Part shown: positions 57,742-64,000 of the stretch, in pieces
Numbering within the stretch: position 1 is the first letter of the stretch
Layout: each line of letters starts with the position of its first letter
Source: Candidatus Bathyarchaeia archaeon
GTDB lineage: Archaea > Thermoproteota > Bathyarchaeia > Bathyarchaeales > DTEX01
Length of the DNA: 64,000 bases
Assembly (NCBI GenBank): GCA_038882715.1
Contig: JAVZNR010000001.1
Location: 179,668 to 243,667 of the forward strand
Direction of reading: 5' to 3'
Notes under the pieces: generated by a model
What the model was told of the DNA's origin: nothing
The model's database searches: none
Seen by the model: the letters and a program-made list of their open reading frames with translations, nothing else
Program-made: the position numbers and the translations under genes

Positions 57742-59268
57742 TCAGTATTTTCCAGTCCAACAGTATAGGCATAAATCTTCCTCTTTCAAGCCCCTATTGT
57801 TTGGGGCTTCGATAACCGCCTTAACGAGGTTTTCCACAGTTTGAAACTTTAGGGTTGTGAATCCAATCATCTCGCGGATTTTTTCAACCATAAACTTATA
57901 TTCTTGGCTTGTTGGATCCAGATACCTGCTTAGATCACCCTTTATCTCGCCTATGGCCTTATAGGTTGCTAGATCCTCGATGCTTGTCGACACATCATAT
58001 ATGCAGGGGTAAAGCTGGGGTGGAGAGGCAATTCTACCGTGAACCTCCTTCGGATTATACGGCCATATTTTTTCCCTTAAAAGGTCTCTTAGCTGCGTGC
58101 CCCTTCTGATGGAATCATCCACCAATATTATTCTTTTATCCTCTATAAGCTGAGCGTTCGGGATCTGCTTGTATTTGGCTATGAGCTCTCTCTTCTCTCT
58201 TATCGGAGGAATATAGCTTCTGCCCCACCCCGGAGTGTATTTGACGAGCGGTCGCCTTAAAGGCGGTATAGCCTTAATCTCCTCAACCACAGTTTTCTGT
58301 AATTCATCAAAGCTTATTTTACCCTGCTTAAACTCCTCCATTTTAGCCCTCACCCTCTCTTCAGCCAGCTCTATTTTCCTCTTAACGTAGCCTATTGCGT
58401 GCGCAAACCCTGAGTCAGCTATGCCTAAAACTAGGTCAGCTTTCACATCGTCGTTTTCAGCCAAGAAACCTCCGCATCTCTCTCTAACTATCTCAGCGTT
58501 TATACCATAGTAGTCGGATGATGGGAAACCGAAGTATACGTGGAGAAATGGGCAGAACTTTTTCTTAAAGCCAATGTTTCCCCGAGTTTTAACCCCTGAT
58601 TCGCCTATAGAGATTATTTCCCGGTATTCGAGAAACTTAAAGGTTTTGAAACCTAGGTTTGGGAAAGCGGATGTTTCTGAAGCTATCGCCCAGTCTTCGC
58701 CCCTGTTTCCTAGCGCTAAGGGAAAAGTGTCCCCTGAAGCGTAAATGCATCTTTCATCCTTTGAGAGGAGTAGAAGCGAGATCGCGCCATTAATCTTCTT
58801 GTACATAGTCTCTATGCCATCTATGATGTTTCTTCCCCTACTGATGATCTCGCCCACGAGCTCCGTTTGGTTCGGGATAGGGCCCTTAGGCGTGGTCCTT
58901 GTCTTCTTGAAGGATGCTCCCTCAGCGATCAATTCTTCATAAAGCTCTTTTGCGTTTCTAATGAAGCCAGCCGTACACAAGGCGAATGTGCCCATCTTCG
59001 ACTCAAACTTTAATGGCTGCTCCTCCCCAACGCTGCTTATTACGCCTATGCCCATCACTCCCCTTATCTCGCCGTAATATTTCTGCATTACAGACTTAAA
59101 CTGGCTGTTGCTGATATCGCATGAGATAACTCTTATGTCTTCATCTAAGTAGGCTAATCCGCCCACCTCTGTCCCCATATGGGAGTGGTAATCAATCCCG
59201 AAGAATAGATCTCTGGCGAGACCCTCCCTCGAAACTACGCCAAATAGGCCGCCTAACATACGCTTCAC
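57742..59268 (-). CDS. Amidophosphoribosyltransferase (PurF)-like protein lacking the N-terminal catalytic Cys
   Basis: Type I PRTase motif IILVDDSIRRGTQL. PurF-like Fe-S Cys positions are present (FCPF, YPCIY, C-terminal CLYCWTGKY). The N-terminus is MKRMLGGLFGVV instead of MCGI(F/V)G. Confidence 0.7.
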   Translation of the reverse strand: MKRMLGGLFGVVSREGLARDLFFGIDYHSHMGTEVGGLAYLDEDIRVISCDISNSQFKSVMQKYYGEIRGVMGIGVISSVGEEQPLKFESKMGTFALCTAGFIRNAKELYEELIAEGASFKKTRTTPKGPIPNQTELVGEIISRGRNIIDGIETMYKKINGAISLLLLSKDERCIYASGDTFPLALGNRGEDWAIASETSAFPNLGFKTFKFLEYREIISIGESGVKTRGNIGFKKKFCPFLHVYFGFPSSDYYGINAEIVRERCGGFLAENDDVKADLVLGIADSGFAHAIGYVKRKIELAEERVRAKMEEFKQGKISFDELQKTVVEEIKAIPPLRRPLVKYTPGWGRSYIPPIREKRELIAKYKQIPNAQLIEDKRIILVDDSIRRGTQLRDLLREKIWPYNPKEVHGRIASPPQLYPCIYDVSTSIEDLATYKAIGEIKGDLSRYLDPTSQEYKFMVEKIREMIGFTTLKFQTVENLVKAVIEAPNNRGLKEEDLCLYCWTGKY

Positions 59269-59452
59269 TGCTAGGAAGATGCATTATTCTATCTTAAAAC
59301 CTTTTTTCATCAGGCTACCTTTCTCTTAAATAGGCTGCTTTTACAATAAAAGGGGTCCTTTTCTTAAAGTTCTTTTTTAAGATAAGAAAAGAAAAATTAA
59401 AATAATATAATTGTATTTTAGACAAGTTATTGTTGAAAAGGAGCATTTCCTA

Positions 59453-60106
59453 ATGGAGCGTTGGTTTGAGAAACGGCGCAAAAATAAAGTTCTTGATATA
59501 GCGCATCGACAAATGACGTTGGCGCTTGACACTGTAAACGATTTGGAACGCGCTATTAAAGCCATTTTTTCAGGTGATAGGGAAAGCGCTAAAACAACCG
59601 TGGAGAGGCTTTTCCTAGTTGAGGAGGAGATAGATAACCTTAGGAGAGCTGTTTTCGAGGAACTGTCTAAGGGAAGCTTATCCTCTAGAGATAGGGAGGA
59701 CATAATGCATCTTGTTAAGCGTTTAGACGTTATGGCCGACTTTGTTAAAGACTCTGCGCGTAGCATAATGATTCTTCTAGACCATGATATTCCGGAAGAC
59801 ATATGGAAAGCTTTCCTAGAAATGGCTACTGGAGTTGTTAGATGCGCCGCTACACTGAAAGAGAGTTTGAAAGCGCTCAGCGAAAACCCTTCCGAGGCTA
59901 GAAATCTATCAATGAAGGTGGAGGAGGAAGAGAATAAGGTGGATAAACAGTACCTAAGCATAAAGTCTCTGCTGCTTGGATACGGAAACAAGGTGAACCC
60001 AATGGCTCTAATAATTCTGAAGGACTTAGCTGAATATATGGAGAACGCTGCGGATAGCTGCGCTGATGTAGGAGACTATATAAGAGTTTTAACAGTTCCG
60101 GGATAG
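59453..60106 (+). CDS. DUF47 / TIGR00153-family protein (PhoU-like, putative phosphate-transport regulator)
   Basis: Helical-repeat pattern typical of DUF47. The start is taken at ATG 59453 (MERWFEKRRK), preceded by AAGGAG. Confidence 0.6.
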   Translation: MERWFEKRRKNKVLDIAHRQMTLALDTVNDLERAIKAIFSGDRESAKTTVERLFLVEEEIDNLRRAVFEELSKGSLSSRDREDIMHLVKRLDVMADFVKDSARSIMILLDHDIPEDIWKAFLEMATGVVRCAATLKESLKALSENPSEARNLSMKVEEEENKVDKQYLSIKSLLLGYGNKVNPMALIILKDLAEYMENAADSCADVGDYIRVLTVPG

Positions 60107-60203
60107 GCGCTATGAAAAAGCCTAAAACCTCAGGCTTCTGGCATGATAAAATCCTGTAAGATGCGTTACATTTAAAAGGGAGTCTAGAGAAGGTTTAGAG
60201 CGT

Positions 60204-60536
60204 ATGAGTGAAGAGGTTGAGAAGGATATTAAGAGCGCGCCTAAGAAAATCACTATAGATGACCTATCAAATTTTAGGCTTCACGCGGCTTATCTCGCAT
60301 ATTCAGAAGCCTACGATAAATCCATTGATTTAGAGGTTAGAAAATATTTGAATCAAAACATGATCGATTTACAGCAAAATAAAATAGACTATCAAACTTT
60401 CTATGAAAACATAAACAGATATCGGCAGATCGATGGCTCTCAGCGTCAACGTAAATTAAGCATAAAAACGCAGAGCAAAAGCGAGTGGCGCAACCAGATG
60501 CGTAAGTTTGAAAGAGAAAAACGATATAGGCAGTGA
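60204..60536 (+). CDS. Hypothetical basic protein
   Basis: 110-aa ORF with a Lys/Arg/Gln-rich C-terminus. No family recognised. Confidence 0.35.
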   Translation: MSEEVEKDIKSAPKKITIDDLSNFRLHAAYLAYSEAYDKSIDLEVRKYLNQNMIDLQQNKIDYQTFYENINRYRQIDGSQRQRKLSIKTQSKSEWRNQMRKFEREKRYRQ

Positions 60537-60626
60537 TAATAGCGTTAACTTAACCCTTAAAAATAAAGTGGGTGTCTTCACCTAAAATTTATTACTTAGT
60601 GTTAGTATTTTTAGAAAAGGTTATGT

Positions 60627-61760
60627 TTGATGAGATTGGAAGATTTTATGGTTAACGTGCAGCAGGGAGGTCTTCAAGACAATACTAGCTGGATTTTTCA
60701 AGCTATATGGGTTCTCGCGTTTATAATTATTTGGATTTATGGTCAGCGAATACAGACAGCTCTCATGCTTAAAGAGGTTGAGGGCTCCCTTCATAAAATT
60801 AAGGCTATGAGGGATAGGGGGCGGCAGATCGCTATATCAGCGATAAGGGAGATCGGTAAACCCTCCGAGGATCCAACGCCTAGAGTTGATCGGCTGTTAG
60901 AGCACATAGATATTGAGCCTGTAAGTCTGGATCCAACCGGCATAATTAGAAGGCTTGAGCATATCATAAATGTTAGGGATTTCAGGCTAAAGGACGAGAT
61001 AAAGCGCATGGCTCCGCAGGCCGATGACGTGCAATTAAACAATCTAACAAATGTTCTGGAAGCCGCGTTAGCTTTAAATCAGATCTACAAGATTGTTAGA
61101 CACTATTATTTAATGGGGAAGAAGACTTTAAGCTTCTACATAATTCTTCAAATACAGATGCTTCTTCCGCTCATAATGAGGGAGTCTGAGGCGTTCGCAA
61201 ATGCTCTTAAAGCGTTTACACTAGGTCAGCCAATAGGGGATGGAGCTGGAGCGCTCGTTGCGGCAAGGTTGATGTATGGCAAAGAAAAGAGGGTGATAGC
61301 TCAGGACACGGTTGTAAGCGAGGTGGATATAGAGGGAAGGAGAGCATATGTTATAAAGGCTAAAGGTCCGGGCGGAAACGTAGGTAGACCCGGCGAAGCG
61401 ATAAGGCAAATCCTCGAAGAGAAGGAGGGGAAAATCGCGTTGATAATAGTTATTGATGCGGCGCAAAAGCTTGAGGGGGAGCGGTTGGGCGAAGTAGTGG
61501 AGGGCGTCGGCGTAGCTATTGGCGGCCCCGGCGTCGATAAATATAAGGTTGAGGAGGTTGCTGCAAAATATAATGTTCCGTTCAGCGCGATATTGATTAA
61601 AGAAAGCATAGAGGACGTTATTTCAACCATGAGTAAGGAGATAGTTGATGGTGTTGAGGAGGCTATTGAGAGAATTAAAAGGTTGATTCGTGAAAGCACG
61701 AGGGAAGGAGATACTGTTATTATTGCTGGAATAGGAAACACGATAGGTATATCTCAATAA
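60627..61760 (+). CDS. Archaeal membrane-anchored protein of unknown function (DUF1512-like)
   Basis: One N-terminal TM helix followed by a large soluble domain. The family assignment is from memory of overall pattern and length (about 370 aa). Confidence 0.45.
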   Translation: MMRLEDFMVNVQQGGLQDNTSWIFQAIWVLAFIIIWIYGQRIQTALMLKEVEGSLHKIKAMRDRGRQIAISAIREIGKPSEDPTPRVDRLLEHIDIEPVSLDPTGIIRRLEHIINVRDFRLKDEIKRMAPQADDVQLNNLTNVLEAALALNQIYKIVRHYYLMGKKTLSFYIILQIQMLLPLIMRESEAFANALKAFTLGQPIGDGAGALVAARLMYGKEKRVIAQDTVVSEVDIEGRRAYVIKAKGPGGNVGRPGEAIRQILEEKEGKIALIIVIDAAQKLEGERLGEVVEGVGVAIGGPGVDKYKVEEVAAKYNVPFSAILIKESIEDVISTMSKEIVDGVEEAIERIKRLIRESTREGDTVIIAGIGNTIGISQ

Positions 61761-61779
61761 AGATGATGGTGAAAGCGGC

Positions 61780-62184
61780 ATGAAGAATGAAAGCGAGAGT
61801 AGGAGAGCGCCGGTGATTTTTACAGCCGTCATTTTAACTATGCTTGTAATGTCTCTGATAGCGCTCTTTCTAGCCGTAGAAACGTATCTGACCCGTAAAA
61901 CCGTTGATGTGATAAACATAGTTTTAAGCATAGGCGCAATATTCCTTTCTATTTATCTCTTCATGCAGATGAGAAAGAAAGCGTCCTTTCAGGATTCCGG
62001 CAGAATAAGAGTTGTAACCGTCATTAAATGTGTAAGCTGTGATTATGGCAGTACAAGAGAATTTGAAAAAGGCGACTACGTTCTGAGGGAAGTCGGCTCA
62101 TGCCCAAAGTGTAACGGAACACTTTTAATCCACTCAATTTTTAGAGAGCCTCAGGAGAATAAGAAGAAGGAGAAGTTTTATTAA
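61780..62184 (+). CDS. Two-TM membrane protein with a C-terminal zinc ribbon
   Basis: Two hydrophobic helices followed by CVSC...x17...CPKC. Confidence 0.45.
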   Translation: MKNESESRRAPVIFTAVILTMLVMSLIALFLAVETYLTRKTVDVINIVLSIGAIFLSIYLFMQMRKKASFQDSGRIRVVTVIKCVSCDYGSTREFEKGDYVLREVGSCPKCNGTLLIHSIFREPQENKKKEKFY

Positions 62185-62190
62185 GTCACC

Positions 62191-63135
62191 TTATGTGAGC
62201 ACTACTGGCCCATCCCTGCTTACGTAGACTGTGTGTTCAGCTTGTGCGACTGGCTTTAAGCTTGCCTCAATGAAAACCGGATAAGCCATTATACATTTGG
62301 AAGACAATAAATCTGAAAGGGCCTGCCTATAGAAGTTACCTTGAGAGTAATATCTCCTTATCCATCTCTCGGCGAACGGCAGAGTCTTAAAGTTCTCCTC
62401 AATAAATTTAAGGATTTTTTGAAGGTGAGGGTTCTTTAAGTTTTTGCGTTTTACGAGCCTAAAAATATGTTTTTCAGATCCATCTTCAACTCTTCCAGCA
62501 GCGTCTCTAACTGTGACGAAGGGTTCAACAGCGTAAACTCTTCCTAAGCGCAGTTTATCCATTGATAGGTGGGAAACGTTAGGTATGGTTTTACCGGAAT
62601 GAATTATGTATCGATCAACTTCATGTCCGGTTAGATTCGATATTGGTTTGAAGCCAAAGCGTTCAATGGTTGCCTGTATCTCGGAGCTAACTTTTGAGAT
62701 AAGCATGCCTGGGCGCATAAGGTTTATGGCGTTCTTGAGGGCTTCTTCAGCGGCATATGTCATGTCTTCATAGTTTGGGTTAAAGCATACTGTTGTAGCT
62801 GTATCCGCAATGTAGCCATCTATATGAACCCCAATGTCAATTTTAACTAAAGCTCCCTCCGGTATCGTCCTTTTATCATCCGGGGGAGAAGTGTAATGTG
62901 CAGCCACCTCGTTTACCGATACGTTGCATGGGAAAGCTGGTTTACCACCCAGTCTTCTGATCTCTTCCTCAACCATCTCGCAGACTTCGAGGAGCAGCAT
63001 ACCCTCTCTAACAGTTCTTTTAATTTCTTCCCTGACTTTAGCGGCTATTTCGCCAGCACGAATATATTTTTCAAGTATGTCGCTGGGCAGCTCCCCTCCA
63101 CCGCTGAGGAGATCCCGAACCATACGCCTACTCAT
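62191..63135 (-). CDS. map: Methionine aminopeptidase, type 2 (archaeal)
   Basis: Pita-bread-fold metal ligands in the pattern KIDIGVHIDGYIADTA, HEV and E..F. 314 aa. Confidence 0.9.
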   Translation of the reverse strand: MSRRMVRDLLSGGGELPSDILEKYIRAGEIAAKVREEIKRTVREGMLLLEVCEMVEEEIRRLGGKPAFPCNVSVNEVAAHYTSPPDDKRTIPEGALVKIDIGVHIDGYIADTATTVCFNPNYEDMTYAAEEALKNAINLMRPGMLISKVSSEIQATIERFGFKPISNLTGHEVDRYIIHSGKTIPNVSHLSMDKLRLGRVYAVEPFVTVRDAAGRVEDGSEKHIFRLVKRKNLKNPHLQKILKFIEENFKTLPFAERWIRRYYSQGNFYRQALSDLLSSKCIMAYPVFIEASLKPVAQAEHTVYVSRDGPVVLT

Positions 63136-63274
63136 CCCTTATACTTCAGATAAACTCTCACGCTAAAAACCCTTTTTCCAACATTGTTCCGCGGTAAAAA
63201 ATTTAAATATTCTTTTAAAAAATAAAATAGGTAAGTTTCACGTCGCCTGTAAAGGTTGTTTATGGCGAGACGGT

Positions 63275-64000
63275 ATGGACTATACTATTGTTCTTACAGC
63301 AGATAGGACGCTGATGAGCGAGTATGGTGGCGCAATCTTCCTAGGTTTCAGCGCATGCGTACCTAGGGGTTTGATTCCGGACAGCCTCTATTTTAGAATA
63401 TTTTGTCCACCGGTTGAGGCTAATGAGGACGGGTCGGCTGTTGTGGCGCCGAACGGAACTAGGAAGATTGAAGCCGCCTTACTGGATTATGGTTTTAGGA
63501 GAGAAGACATTATTGTTGCGCATCCGGAGCATTTGGATAAAGTTATCGGGCCAAAAACAAAGGTTTTGGGAATAACTGAAAATGATCCTTTGGGAATTGG
63601 GCCGGCTACAACGACTTTCACAGAGATCTTTGGTGGAGAAGCCTACATGGCGGTAAAATTTCGAGAGATTTTGAATCATCCGGCTGTTAAGAAATATAGG
63701 CCTAAGATAATTGTTGGTGGAGCTGGCGCATGGCAACTAGAGGATGAAAATGTGCGGAGAGATCTTGGAATAGATACCGTTGTTATCGGTGAAGGTGAGA
63801 AGGTTGCCGGGCCATTATTTGAGAAAGCGATTAACGGCGAAGATCTGCCCGGAGTAGTTTATGGTGAGGTCGTTGAGGAAGATAAGATACCCGTTATTAG
63901 GGGCGCAACCATAGATGGCATAATTGAAGTGGCGAGGGGATGCGGGCGCGGATGCGATTTCTGTGCACCAACGCTCCAGCGTTTTCGGTGCCTGCCGATA
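63275..64000 (+). CDS. Radical SAM protein with an N-terminal B12-binding-like domain (5' part; runs off the window)
   Basis: Hand translation from ATG 63275 stays open to the window end. It ends with ARGCGRGCDFC, a CxxxCxxC motif. The gene is not in the ORF track because no stop codon falls inside the window. Confidence 0.65.
   Translation, partial: MDYTIVLTADRTLMSEYGGAIFLGFSACVPRGLIPDSLYFRIFCPPVEANEDGSAVVAPNGTRKIEAALLDYGFRREDIIVAHPEHLDKVIGPKTKVLGITENDPLGIGPATTTFTEIFGGEAYMAVKFREILNHPAVKKYRPKIIVGGAGAWQLEDENVRRDLGIDTVVIGEGEKVAGPLFEKAINGEDLPGVVYGEVVEEDKIPVIRGATIDGIIEVARGCGRGCDFCAPTLQRFRCLPI

Noticed and set aside
59377-59991. 204-aa minus-strand ORF opposite the DUF47 gene
   Set aside because: The Ser/Leu-rich low-complexity product overlaps almost the entire plus-strand DUF47-family ORF, which has a credible family pattern and an SD-preceded ATG.

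Overview
This is a gene-dense archaeal chromosomal window with about 70 genes on both strands. I saw no rRNA, CRISPR array or intact mobile element. Housekeeping genes dominate: thermosome, RFC small and large subunits, CDC48, an EF-2-family GTPase, eL41, MetAP, RtcA, FAU-1, Cgi121, CarS, PyrF, GuaA-B, MoaBC and TldD/PmbA. There is an anaerobic H2/C1 module: an MvhA/MvhG-type [NiFe] hydrogenase, divergent from an operon encoding a maturation protease, a tandem ferredoxin-MvhD protein, MetV and MetF. A RACo-like corrinoid activator lies 24 kb away. This gene content suggests an uncultured H2/Wood-Ljungdahl-type archaeon, Bathyarchaeia/TACK-like, but that is inference only. One tRNA-Thr(GGU) carries an 11-nt intron. 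Next to it sit an integrase N-terminal fragment and a decayed GT2 gene at the edge of a surface-glycan locus. The items most worth follow-up are: (1) an EF-2 paralog lacking the diphthamide histidine; (2) the hydrogenase/(Fd-MvhD)x2/MetVF locus with no HdrA nearby; (3) a 4xCBS protein whose C-terminus looks like an HPF/S30AE ribosome-hibernation domain; (4) a tandem ABC ATPase pair whose second gene has ATT where the ATG start is expected, behind a strong Shine-Dalgarno (SD) motif, plus a 53-bp gene-conversion tract; (5) a candidate C/D-box sRNA; (6) two small genes missed by the ORF track (eL41 and an RHH regulator). All homology calls come from motif recognition by eye. No searches were run.
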